Shown piece by piece: positions 47,623 to 60,898 of a DNA stretch of 64,000 nucleotides. A model generated the notes under the pieces. That model was not told where the DNA came from. It was given only the letters and a program-made list of their open reading frames with translations, and ran no database searches. A program made the position numbers and the translations under genes. Numbering within the stretch: the stretch's first letter is position 1; each line of letters begins with the position of its first letter. This DNA is from Takakia lepidozioides (lineage: Eukaryota; Plantae; Bryophyta). The DNA is taken from contig CM060733.1 of assembly GCA_030704615.1 (NCBI GenBank), forward strand, positions 76,012,001-76,076,000. Direction: 5' to 3'.

Positions 47623-50084
47623 ATGGAGCCAGTGTATCTGGAAAGACCTGGATCTCCACAGAATTCAAGAGGGATAGTAGAAAATATGGAAATGTCATGG
47701 CAAGGAATTGGTGAGTGGGCTCAGGACAAACTTGGGCTACCAGTGTTGATAGGCGTCCTTGTCGCCATTGCAGTGCACTATCTCTTCCTAAGAAAACCCA
47801 CTCGCTTGCCTCCCGGGCCACGCCCATGGCCTGTTGTGGGCAATCTACCGGTGTTGGGTGATCTTCCGCACCAGGCATTGGCACTCCTGGCTAAGAAATA
47901 TGGGCCTTTGATGTACTTGCGCCGCGGATCGTTTGATACTGTTGTAGCGTCGACTCCAGCGATGGCAAAAGAGTTTCTCAGGACCCATGATCAAGCGTTT
48001 TCCTATCGTCCAACGTCTTTGGCTTCGTATCTATTCTCTTCAAATTAAAAAAACATTGTGTTTTCTTCAGGTTCTTATTGGCGTCATTTACGCAAGTTAT
48101 GCCTCGTTGAGCTGTTCACTCAGAAACGGCTGGAATCGTCTCGATCTGCAAGGACAGAGGAGATAACTGCCACATTGAAGGCTATTCTTGAGGAGTCACA
48201 GAAGGAAAAGGTGGTGGACCTCGCCCTCAAGTTGTCTTCGCTGTCCACTAACAACATCACTCGCATGCTGATCAACAAAAGGTAATGTATGAGCTAGAAG
48301 CCGTTTGATTTTCTATTGAATGCACTCGATCAGAAAACGGAATATTATGCCGGTTCAAACTCTAGTTCAAAATGTCAGTGCTAGAGAGTTTGTGACTACG
48401 CAATACCCAACAGGTACTGCAGGCAGCAGTCATCTGAATCTTTTGATCTCTCCATCATCTGGCCTCGTTGGCTATCGTCGAGCCAGGCCATGCGCAGTCT
48501 CGTTTTAATCATCGTAGAGTATATAACCACCAAACCCTTACTGTCCTTGATTCACCAGGCTGCCAATTTCATTCTTAGCGAGTCACGACAAGTCTCAAAT
48601 AAGATGATCGGACCACTTGATTTTGACCACATTCACATAATTGTTCTCGACAGAAAACTCAAAATCTTTGCCAATTTCATTTTAATTAGCGGGTCACGAC
48701 AAGTCTTAAATCTGAAGATGATCGATTCACTTTATCATTCATATATTAATGTTCTTGACAGAAAACTCAATTTAATCCTCTCCATGAACACCTGGAGGCA
48801 CTAATTCATGTTCAGTATTATGGCACTTTTGCAATCTGGACATAATTAAGTTAGATTTTCTGATATAATGACATGGTCTAGATTCAAATCCTCGTTGAGT
48901 GAGGGTGCTATTCGTTGGGAAACATACTTGTAAGACACTAGGTAAGACATCCAGATTATGAGAACATGTTAAGTTCTTTAATTTCTTGTATTTTGACTTG
49001 GAAACCTGGTACCTGTAACGTGTCATGAGATACGTTTGAAGACTACAGACAGCTTGCAACTTACGCCAACTTGAATAAGACCATGTATCCTTCAGTACTG
49101 TCATCACTTAGTATTCAACAATTTGCCATTTTCGCCTATCTCAGGTACTGCGGAAATGATGAGGAAAGCCGGTCTAAAGAAGCGCAACAGTTTAAAGGAC
49201 TTATCGACAAAGTGTTTCATTTTCTGGGGATGTTCATTGTTGGTGACTACGCCCCTTATTTATCGTGGGTGTCGAAGCTGCAAGGTATCGACGGGCCTAT
49301 GAGGGAGTTGCAAGTCGAATTGTACAGTCTGCTTCGGCAGTGGATTGACGAGCACAGAAAGGTTGCAACACTGGAGAAAGGGAAGAGGGATACTTCAAAA
49401 GACTTTGTCGATGTGTTGCTCTCCATGCCTACAGAAGATGGAATTGGTCATATCTCCGATGAAGCCATACAAGCTGTTGTCCTGGTAAGTTTTCAAATAT
49501 CAGTTTTATTCCCTAGAAATTGTTTATGTTACTTGAGCATATCATTATCAACAGCTCAGAAAAAGTTGAAGTAGTGAAGTTTTGTTAGGCAAGATTCCAT
49601 TAAAAATCAGGCTGAACTCAGGTATAGATTAGCTTCAAGGTCAGTCGACGATAGCCAGGCCCAGTCGGGTTGTCCAGGAAACCACCAGTCTCGTGAGGCA
49701 TGCGAAGTTGCTGGTTACATTCTGCCAGCCAAAATCCGTCTGCTCGTCAATGTATGGGCAATCGGACGGGATTCTTCTACCTGGGAAAGACCTCTTGAGT
49801 TTGCTCCAGAACGATTCATGGATCATCCTGAGATTGATGTGAAAGGCCAGGACTTCCAGCTTTTGCCTTTTGGATCTGGGAGAAGAGGATGCCCGGGAAT
49901 GCACTTGGGACTTGTCATGGTTCAGATAATGCTTGCTCGCCTTCTTCAGAGCTTTGACTGGTCTCTTCCAGATGGGCAGGACCCCACCACTTTGGACATG
50001 TCAGAGCACTTCGGACTAACACTTCCGAGATTGAAACCATTGCATGCTGTGGCACACCAAAGGTTGCCTGCCCATTTGTATTGA
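47623..50084 (+). pseudogene. Cytochrome P450 (CYP71 clan) pseudogene, tandem paralog of 51985-55099
   Basis: LPPGPRPWPVVGNL; in-frame TAA at 48046; exon 2 at 49145-49484; exon 3 lacks its acceptor, AGTDT and ETFR; PERF and FGSGRRGCPG retained. Confidence 0.92.
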
Positions 50085-50332
50085 CTGAAGTTTCTAAGTA
50101 GATCTGGCGACATTTTGAAGGTAGCTAAGTGTGTAGTTGGTTTGTGTTGTTATCCACAGCTTGCACTCCATAGTGCTCCACACTGCTATGGTGCATTTGG
50201 CATCTTCATGGAATGGCATCTTCATAACCTGCTGAAATTCACTCTGGACATATACCAAGTAGATCAAGTAACTTGTATCAAAAAATATAGTATGGTTTAT
50301 AGAAGAGTCTCACACATTAGTAACAAATACTA

Positions 50333-50500
50333 GCCCTGGTAGCTTAGTAGAATAGTGCAGTGTGTGCCGCCCAGGTGATATTGGGCTCAGATTCTGTTAC
50401 GTTGTCAGGGTGGTGTTGTATTTTCCCCCTGTAATCAAGGGGCCTGATTTGTGAGCGTCCGCTCCCAGGTGTTTTCCTTATTTAATATATATTAATATAA
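50333..50500 (+). mobile_element. Possible tRNA-derived SINE-like insertion
   Basis: A-box-like TAGCTTAGTAG, weak B-box-like GGCTCAGATTC, AT-rich tail; a 12-bp direct repeat tagaatagtgca at 50348 and 50511 makes the boundaries ambiguous. Confidence 0.3.
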
Positions 50501-51039
50501 GATAGATACATAGAATAGTGCATCTGGAAATACTGACTCCCATCAGCAAATTTTGCTGTATGGGCAATGACCCAAGCAGGTTTTGCAAAACTGTGAAAAG
50601 CTATATATGTGTAACTTATACGTCGGAGAAAAGCTATATACATGTAACTTATACGTCGGAGCTGGCGTTGATAAGAGCCTCTTCCCTTTGCGGGTAATGT
50701 CCCTTTTCAAGATGGATCGTATCAGCACCACCGGAAACAGTCCACAATGGCAAGTTGGCCACTTTCAATCTTATGTAACTTGTTGAGGATTAGGGAGGTG
50801 AGCCTTGATGTGATGGATGTAAAATGTGGTATGTAGAAAAAGGTGTGGTGTACTTAGGGTTTGAGGTTTGCTTTTAGGATGTGGATATTATGACTATGCG
50901 CATTTCCCCTAACTCCTACAGTGATAACTGTGAAGGGAGACGTGTTCCATGCATCCACGTTGTCGTAGGGCAAGTATTAGCGGTTCAAGTGTATGTAATC
51001 GATTGGTCTGGGTATCTGTCAAGACAAAATGTGAATTCG

Positions 51040-51506
51040 ATAATATGGATTGTGAGAAATGGGAGTGGGCCTGCGGGTTTAACCGCCAAGATTGGGAGGC
51101 CTTGAACAAGTAAGATATTTGGGCAGAGTTTTGCCACGATAATGGGGGCATATGCATGGTAGTAGCCATGGGGTATATTGTGGTCCGGTGGTCGCCCTTC
51201 AGGAGAGGTCCATAGCAACATTGGGGTCAAACAGGGCTGCCTCCTCTCACCTACCCTGTTCGGAATTTACATCGAACGCATTGGAGGTTCTACATCTCAA
51301 AAAACCATGGAGTTGGTGTGCCATTGGATGGAGGACAACCACAATCAGATCTCTTCTATGCGGATGATGTTGCCCTCTTGGCACAATCTCCTGTCTTCCT
51401 AGAACGTCATCTCCACATCCTGGAACAGTTCTCCAAAGGCTATGGGATGCAAGTCAACCTTAGCAAAACCAAGATCATGGTTTTTTTAGTTAGCAAGTTT
51501 CAATAA
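51040..51506 (+). mobile_element. LINE reverse-transcriptase fragment
   Basis: GVKQGCLLSPTLFGIYI...LFYADDVALLA...VNLSKTKIMVF. Confidence 0.9.
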
Positions 51507-51984
51507 TTCCAAAAAGGATTACATGCAAATCTGCAAGCTGATAGGGTTTAGGGTTTACTACAAGTTATCATTTTGACAATTGTCACCTATACATTCATTA
51601 ATTACTATATATATTCCCTGTGAACTCTTTATGTGTTTTTATTGGGCTTTAGTGTAAATGTTATTTTAAAACCCTTAACTTCCCTCTTCATATAGTGTTT
51701 TGTTACTCCCAATGCCAACCACTACCAGTCAAAGTTTGGTCTGCTGCTATTATGGGAAGTCAGAGAATGGCCAACACTACCTAGTAATGGCAGGGTGTGC
51801 GTATGAAATACCGAGGCGACGGAAGGAGCTATGCAGATACAGAAATGGGATGGAAGATCGCCCTCGGAATCGAAAGACTGTGTGCTCACTTTCTGGGTCG
51901 ATGCTAAGATAGAGGCAGCAGCATCTGGGAAGCAAACTTGGATCTGATCCGGTGCTGAGGTTGAGAGGGGTAGATCAAGAAAAC

Positions 51985-54900
51985 ATGGAGAGATCAGGCC
52001 AAGGGATCGTAATTCGGTGGGCTCAGGAACAACCTGGCTTGCCTCTATTGATAAGCGGAGTCCAATTGATCGGCATGTTCCTCGTCGCCATTGCAGTGTA
52101 CAGTTATCTCTTCCTAAGAAAACGCACTCGCTTGCCTCCAGGGCCACGCCCATGGCCTGTTGTGGGCAATCTACCGGTGATGGGTGATCTTCCGCACCAG
52201 GCATTGGCACGCATGGCAGAGAAATATGGGTCTTTGATGTACCTGCGCCTCGGATCATTCGATACTGTTGTAGCGTCGACTCCAGAGATGGCAAAAGAGT
52301 TTCTCAAGACCCATGATCAAGCGTTTGCCTATCGTCCAACGTCTCTGGCTGCCCGTATATTTTCAAAACACAAAAACATTGCATTTTCTTCAGGATCTTA
52401 TTGGCGTCATTTACGCAAGATCTGCCTGGTTGAGCTCTTCACTCAGAAACGCATGGAATCATTTCGATCTACAAGGACAGAGGAGATAACTGCCACATTG
52501 AAGGCCATCCTTGAGGAGTCACAGAAGGAAAAGGTGGTGGACCTCAAGCTCAAGTTGTCCTCGCTGTCTACTAACAGCGTGACTCGCATGCTGATCAACA
52601 AAAGGTGATGTATTCATAGCTTAACCGTTTGTTTTCTCTTGCTAGACTTGATCAGAGAAAACGAAATATAACTAAATCGATTCAAAATCTAGAAACGTCG
52701 GTGCTTCGTCACGGTCACCTCTGCTAGAGTTTCTGACTACGCCCCAACAGGTACTGCAGGCAGGCCTCTACAGCAGTCACCTAAATATTTTGATCCCTCC
52801 ATCGTCTGGCTTCGTTTTCTATCAACGCACCAGTCCATGTTAAGTCTCTAAGATTTTAACTGTGTAAAGATCTGCATATCTCACTTCTCTCTGTCCTTTC
52901 AGTCGATTGACCAGGCTGAATCGACCTTTACTTGCTAGTTTGATTCTAAGCGGGTCAATTGTCAAAGAAGATTATATATCTGACCAAGTTTTGACCAAAA
53001 TTACTTATTTAATTTGTTCTTCAGTGATAGTAACTCAAAATCCCGCATTTGAACACCTGTACTAGTTTGGCATGTTCAGTGTTCAAGGAGCTGTTATGAT
53101 CAAATAACATACCTCTTACTACAATTTTTAGGTAGAACATCCAAATGATCATAAAATTTAGCCTTGTCGGGACATGACAACCAGGTAGTTCTTGTAAACT
53201 GTCTGCATGTAACACATATAAGACTGGAAACTTGCAACTTATAGGCAAGATGAATTTTTAAGACCAGATCCCCAGAGTTAGTATATTTCAATTTGACTGC
53301 ATTTTGGCCAACGTTAGGGACTTCAGATCTGATGTGGGCGCAAGATAGAAGGAAGCGCAATGGTACTGCATGCAGCAGACCTCTGCAGTCACGTAAAATC
53401 TTTTAATCTCTCCATCATCTAGCCTGGTTGGTTATCACCGAACCAGGCCATGTGCAAGTACCGGCGAGTTTAAGTTATCATAATCTATCACCATTGAACC
53501 CTTATTGTCTTGATTATTCCTTTACTTGTCAGATTGATTCTGAGAGGGTCAGCATGACAAATGATCTCAATCTTGAAGTTTATCTTTGACCGTGACATAT
53601 TAAAATTGCGATCGAAGTTGAAAGTAAACTCGAAATCCTCTCTATGAACAACTGCACTAGTTCATGTTCACAGTTCGTGTCACTGGTTAATTTTCTCTCA
53701 ATTGATCTGGAAAAAGGTTAAGTTCTCTCACACTGACGTTGGTCTGGATTCAGATCCTCATTAAGTCAAGATGCTATTAGATGGACACAGACAAGACATT
53801 AGTTAAGACATCCAAATTATTAGAACATGTACGAAGTTGTCGTAGTTTGACACGGAAACCTGGTACTTGTAAGCTGGACATCACGAGAGAACACACATGA
53901 AGACTACAGACTTGCAACTTAGGCAACATGAATTTAAGACCAATTGATATATGATCATTCCTGTCATCGCTTTGAACATTAGTATTCAGTTTGCCCTTTC
54001 GGACTATCTCAGGTACCGCGGATTTGAAGTGGGAAGCGAGTCTAAGGAAGCGCAACGGTTTAAAGGACATATCGAAAAACTCTTTCACTTTCTCGGGATG
54101 TTCATTGTTGGTGACTACGTCCCATATTTATCGTGGGTGTCAAAGCTGCAAGGTATTGACGGGTCTATGAGGGAGTTGCAAGTCGAACTGAGCCAGCTTC
54201 TTCAGCAATGGATTGACGAGCATAGACACGCGGAAAAAGGGAGTAGGGATACACCGAGAGACTTTCTTGATGTGTTGCTCTCCATGCCTACAGAAGATGG
54301 AACTGGTCATCTCTCCGATGAAACCATACAATCTGTGATCCTGGTAAGTATAATTTGTTCAAAGCTCGGATACTTTAGTTGTACAATTTAGTGAAGTATG
54401 TTCTGAAGGATTCCATTACAAATTAGGCTTCAAGTATAGACTAAACTCCGAGGTCAAAATTCTCGTGTTCACGTGATGCAGGACATGCTGGCGGCTGGAA
54501 CAGATACAGCCGTGGTCACAGCAGAATGGGCGATGGCCGAGCTTTTTCGCAACCCCCATATGATGAAGCGTTTACAAGCTGAGGTGGATACTGTGGTTGG
54601 AACCAGTCGGGTTGTCCAGGAATCAGACCTCCCACATCTCAAGTACCTACAAGCCGTAATAAAAGAGACCTTCCGCCTTCACCCCGCGGGCGCATTCCTG
54701 ATTCCCCACGAGTCTCGTGAGGAATGCCAAGTCGCTGGTTATATTCTGCCAGCCAAAACCCGTCTGCTCGTCAATCAATGGGCACTAGGCCGGGATCCTT
54801 CTACCTGGGAAAGACCCCTCGAGTTTGATCCTGAAAGGTTCATGGAGCATGCTGAGATTGATGTGAAAGAGCTTTTCGCTTTTGGAATCGGGAGAAGGGG

Positions 54901-55099
54901 ATGCCCGGGAATGCCACTGGGACTTGTCATGGTTCAGATAATGCTTGCTCGCCTTCTTCAGAGCTTTGACTGGTCTCTTCCAGATGGGCAAGACCCCGCC
55001 ACTTTGGACATGTCAGAGCGCTTTGGACTCACAATTCCGAGATTGAAACCATTGCATGTTGTGGCACACCAAAGGTTGCCTGCTCATTTGTATGACTGA
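51985..55099 (+). CDS. Cytochrome P450, CYP71 clan. Exons 51985-52604, 54013-54343, 54482-55099
   Basis: Membrane anchor, LPPGP, WR.LRK, AAGTDT, KETFR, PERF and heme motif FGIGRRGCPG; GT-AG introns; open frame. Confidence 0.9.
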
Positions 55100-55706
55100 A
55101 GTTTTGTTCCAGGCTTCGGAATAGACTCTGGCCAGAAAATACATCAGATGTATAGACACATATATGTACCATGTGTACCATGTGTACCATGTGGAGGAAT
55201 ACAAATGAGAATAGAAGAAGAAGAAGACTTACTCCTGCCAAAGCCAGCTTAACTAAGAGCCACTTCGCCTTATGGCTACTGCCCCCTTTCAGAGGGTGGG
55301 CTGGAGGACTGCCATCTTGTTATCATTCTTATTCTTGCAAAGGCTAGTACGCCAAAATCTCTGATGTGGGTTATGGGTGTGAGGGGCCTCACACTCTACC
55401 TCTTTCACTCGTTTTATGGCTAGTATCCAAATCATTCTTCCATGCGCACAAGTTAGTATGTAATTTATGTTAGAATTTATGTGTTTTTCTCATATGTAGG
55501 TAAGGGTCAGAACATTAGATTATGTGTTTATGATCTGACGTAGAAGTTTAGGGTTTAGGGTTTATGATCTGACGCAAAATTTGCACTAAAACTCAATATT
55601 AAAGTTATCCGTTAAGTGACCGGCCCTTCCGGCCCCTAGTACATCCCCACTATACCTCTGTTGGCCAGTTCTCTTATTTGAGGTGAAGAACAGTTGGTTC
55701 CGGGTG

Positions 55707-56192
55707 ACCTCAGAATTCTGTGTGGCCTCGTCGTAATGAGGCTGGTCAGACGATGGGGCCAGCCATCTCATTAATATAGGAGCAAACTACCTTCATGCAG
55801 CGAGGACTTAGATTTTTTTTGGCATATGAAATTTACAACTACCTCCATGCTGGTAGTTTTAGGATTTTCTACATGAAGGTAGTTGCAAAACCAAGCTGAA
55901 ATCACCTGCATGATGGTAAATACATACCCACCTCCGTGGAGGTAGTTGTAGTCAGCACCTACCACCCGGAGCTGCATTCAGGGAACGGAACTCGAAACCT
56001 GCATCCCCAGGTTGCCATCGACCTACCACCAGACCACAACCTCCACCACAACAAAGTGTTGTAGTTTTTTTTTCATATATAAGAGAAACAGGGAATAGGG
56101 ATCGTTTTAATGTAGCGGGGCCCACTGTCCGGTCCCTGTCCCCTCTGCACCCTGCGGCCTCATTACGACGAGGCCACACAAAATTCCGAGGC
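55707..56192. mobile_element. Mutator-type MITE, 486 bp
   Basis: ~35-bp TIRs (cctcagaattctgtgtggcctcgtcgtaatgaggc / gcctcattacgacgaggccacacaaaattccgagg); exact 9-bp TSD ttccgggtg at 55698-55706 and 56193-56201. Confidence 0.92.
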
Positions 56193-58599
56193 TTCCGGGT
56201 GGGGTATATGTACCCAAAACATCAGGTATGAAAAAAATTCAAAGAACCGCGTTTCAACATAGGTGCGGGGGTACTATAATTTTAAACACCTGGGGACTTA
56301 CCCGAATCGGCAGTTCTCAAATGGTCAATATTTTGTGAGAACGTATCGGACCCACATTTTGAAATGAGAGTGGTTGAAATCCTAGCAATCTGCCATCCCT
56401 TGAAATCACTATCTGGAGCACCACGACAAAAAAAGAAATATCATGTGCCTATTATAACCCCAAAATGTTTTTCCTTGAGTGTAGTAATCTCAGTAAATAT
56501 CTCAAAATATTCAAAGCCTCAGTACAAATACAAATATGGATTCCTCTGATAGAGAACAAGCATTACAGAATTGTGAAACAAAAATTCATGATGCTTCCTG
56601 AGTAGAGTGCAGTCCCACCCACCCACTTGCCATCGCAACAAGCAGCACAATGTTGCTGCTTGTTATGAAGAGCTATCATGTGGCAGGGTGCCACTTTCGG
56701 TTAGTAAATATTAGGTAACATTCTGAATTACTCCAAACATTCCCTAGACATTCTATCCGTTGAGAATCAGAACAACTATGGAAACATGACAGGTCATTGT
56801 AAACCTAAAAAAGGAGTATATCTTGCTCTAAAGGCAAGTCAGAAGTTCGTGGCAAGGTTGAACTTTCCTTTTCCAGTACCTCAATATTGGGTATCTTTTG
56901 TTGCAGCAATAAACAATTTTCCTCTTGAGAATGGTTTGTTCCTTGTACTCAGGGTAGACATTATCACTTTCCTTGATAAGCTACAGGGGCGTGACTGTGT
57001 GTGTCAGAGACCACGGAACCCTCTTTGATATAGTCTTCCCCTAGTAGGTTTTATTCTCCCATTGTGTCAAGTTGGTCCCCATCCAGGCACATAAACAAGA
57101 CGATAGCTCATCGATCTGTAGTATTAGTTATGATTTATAGTCATATGAACCATCTCCCTGCAAATGGTCAACCAAATTTGACCAGGGATCCGAAAATCCG
57201 TCATGTAGTCATTTATCTGTCTTCTGCAGCCCTACAATCCCAAAGGAAATGACATCTGTGACTATGTGTCTCCATTGCAGATATACATGCCTATGATTGT
57301 GAAAAATTGGTAGTCATAAAAGTTGGGATCTGTTGTGCTAATATGTGGGTAATTTAATACGGTGTTGTTTGTTTGGAAATAATTACATGAAATTCATCTC
57401 CCCAATCCCTCTCTCTTGAGCCATGATCTCCGGGGATCTATTTGGTTGCTACCGGCTATTATCAATCATATTCATGGCCGGTTGTAAGAGTATTATATGT
57501 GAAGTCCCATGTGTAAAAATAGCATAAGAACTATGATGCTTACTCCCAAAATTTGTTGTACCACACAATGTAGGCATTGAGAATGCTTGAGAGATTATCT
57601 TGCACATTGTTGTGGTGTAGCCTTCATTAATTTTAGAGTGAAAATTTGGGCTAGAACTAAATTTTCTTTGATGTGCCTTTGTAGATCATGAAATTGCAAG
57701 AACCAAGGCATCGTAGGTTTATTTTGATTCATTGTGGTGTGAATTCATGGGCCCGGTTTGGTGATTGTATTTTTATTTTTGCTAAAGACTTTGTTTGAAA
57801 TTACCTGCAGTAGCAGCTTAAGTCAAGTACATTAGTTTGCTGGTGCTGATATGACCCGCAAGTCTCAATCTAAAGGGTGACGACACAACTTAGCTAGCTG
57901 CAATAAGCTCGGAACAAACCTAACATCCGCATATGATACGGCGCAAGTGTTTCTAATATTTTATAAGGTTGATTGCGGTAGTTAAGGGGACTCGACTGCT
58001 GAAGGTACTTAGGGGATTATGATGATGGCCCTATGTAGACTGGGTTGTGAAGGTTCCATCTTAGTAGCAGTGACTAGATTAGATATTTTTATTTCAAAGG
58101 TTTTTGAGTTTTATAGCTTGGGGCTCTCTCTATTTCTTTTTGGAAGTCTATTAAATGGAAATAATGAGGAGAAACTAGGAGAATGGACTCAATGAGGTAT
58201 GGAACTAATTGATTCAAACAAAGCAGAAAAGGAAATTTTAGAGTTTGCATAGTGGAATCAAGCATGCATACACCAAACGGAATATGATATGCATATCAAG
58301 TTAGAATATTGGTTGATCAAATCCAAATACACCTCAACGTGGTATGCTGGTTAGAACCAGGGTTACACATTTATGTGACATCAGGTCGTGTTAGGTCACG
58401 TCAAATCTACGCTGACATGGCTTTGCGTCACGTCAGTTTTATATAAAAATAAGAAGAAAAAATAGAATAAAAGAAAGATGTCACATAAGCTAAACAATTA
58501 CGAAAAAAATAGTCATATGGCCTAAACAAACAACAAAAAATGTCATGTCACCTAAATAAACAGTATATATATTTTGAAAGTTGGATTAAGTCTAATTAG

Positions 58600-60470
58600 G
58601 TCCGATATATATTGTAGTGAGGAAAGATGGCCCCCATCTGAACCCTAATTATCAATACTGCAATACAGTCAGAGTTGTAACCAAATCAAACACCACGACT
58701 CCGCAGCGGAAGAGAAGATGGTCATGGCGCGCTCCCGTTGATCTCATGGAGATTAGTAATTGCATATGTGCATGTAATTCCTCATATTCACAACTGATCA
58801 GTCACAGCGTGAGTATGCCTGTGAGTGTCACCAAATACATGTATTTGGTATGGCCACAGCTCCTTTCTGTTATTTGATCAAGCTGTGCAGCATCTTACCG
58901 TTTCTCTCCCTCTTTTATCTTTTCTCCTTACTCTTATAATTCATTTCCGAATTTTCACGGGGTTGATTCACATACCATGTTTAGCCTTGCAGCCTAGGTG
59001 GCCTCATCATCACTGGAGTTCATCATATTTGGCAAGATCACTCAGTCTGACCATTCTCTCTATTGTTCCCCAACTCACACTGCAGACAAGAGATTGTGGT
59101 GACCACCACTGACTTTAGTCTTTGCAACATTCACTGACTCCCAGTAATTCTCCTCACACTTCTCAAGACCTCTCAAGCACACCTCACTGTTCTATTTGAA
59201 TGGATACTTATGTTTCTCAATGGATACATGTTTTGCTGAGATCACCCATCAAAACAATCTGCCTTTGATCCTCACCTCCTCTCTGGAACCATTAAATTTA
59301 GACATAAACCATTGACCTATCAGTGCATTATTTACTCTATTGCTGGTAACTCGATGGCTTCTTCCAAACACAAACCTGATGCACTACATGAATGCAGAAT
59401 TCACTTAGAAATTTGCCCTACACTCCCAAAACTGAAAACATCAATCATTCACTGCTCTCATTGATGATTTATGACAGGCAGCAACTGACGACCTATGCAC
59501 TCCATGAACGCCCCATTCCACACTAAGTTGCAGATTCCCTCTGTCTCCCTTGCTCACTCAAGACAAGTATGTGGGCACACAGTTTGACCCAATAAACAAT
59601 GCAACTAGGGTTCACCTCCATCTTCACGCAATCTTACAGCAACACCGAATGCTCTCCACATCCTCCCACCATCATTTCTTTTCTGGTTTCACTGTTCCCA
59701 GATGGTAGAATGCATACCTAACCAGATGAAGCACACTCAAGATTTTCTTACACTACTTCACTCAGCACTTGACTCATGCTATCAATGCACCCTCAAGTCA
59801 CCTGTCATTCCTCTCATTGAACTTTGAATCATAGACACTAACTAGAGCTCTATCAGTTCATCATAGATCTGTTCTGCTGATTGCAACCACCGTAACCCTC
59901 CATATTTAATTCAGATAGGCTAAACTACAATAATGCAGGGTTTATTGGAAATATCTCATGACCCCCCAAGAAAGCAGTTTTTCTGACTTTAATTTGTCCC
60001 AGAGTGTAGGTTCTATCGACATGACAAGACAACAATACTGCTGTAAAATTTTCCTCACCTAACCGTATGCAGGATATTGACGCACATCACAAACGTAATC
60101 ATGGCTCTCTGCTTCAATCCCAACACATCTGTGATCTCTCTCTCGGCTCTCATAACCAGGAAAACGAGATATCCCAAAGCAGCAGATAACCACTTCATTT
60201 TTTTACTTCAAAAATCAAATTCCACACCCTGACTGAGTTCAACATCCCAGCAGTAACCATAGTTCACACACAGCATACTTGCCCATTGCATCCTATGTCT
60301 GAACCCTCCAACTGGTTTCACTCAATGTCTCCACCGTCACTGCTCTGCGCCTCACCATCCCCAAAAACTGTGCTTTCAACCTGCCTCGTCGCCGCTTATA
60401 TGCCCTTGCCCATCCCTTCCGGAAATGATCATCTCGTTCTCTTTTGCAGTTGAGTCAGACTGTCTCTATA
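58600..60470 (+). mobile_element. Highly decayed L1-type LINE remnant (tentative)
   Basis: C/A-rich strand bias, SDH-like endonuclease trace near 59046 and CPLH-like trace near 60280; no long ORF. Confidence 0.35.
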
Positions 60471-60898
60471 AAATCGATTCTATCGTACCTTAGCCCTTCA
60501 ACTATCTCAGATGCAGATTATAATCTGTTATCTTAATTGAGTACTCCAAGCATAAAAGTCTGCTGCAGTTCTAGATATGGATCTCCTGCCATGTTTCCCC
60601 ATATCACCGACGCTACACAAGATATTTACATGGACTCCTTAACTAATAGGTATCAATCATAAAAACTCTCCACAGCTTCACAAACCGTATCGAAAACAAG
60701 GTCAGGTTCGTAGTAGAAGGTCTTCATCACAAAACAGTTTTCCAAAGCGCATGGCTCCACGAGCTACATATGTTGTATGAAACTAAGGCAGATGAACGAT
60801 ATTAACTATAATATCATCAGAGCTGCACCAAAACTCATTCATCACTACAAAATGTTACAATACTTAGTAAAATTTGCAACACAGAGGCCATATCCTCC

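Noticed and set aside
51540-55565. Telomeric TTTAGGG repeats (~51543, ~55546)
   Set aside because: Only 2-3 units each; interstitial motifs, not a telomere
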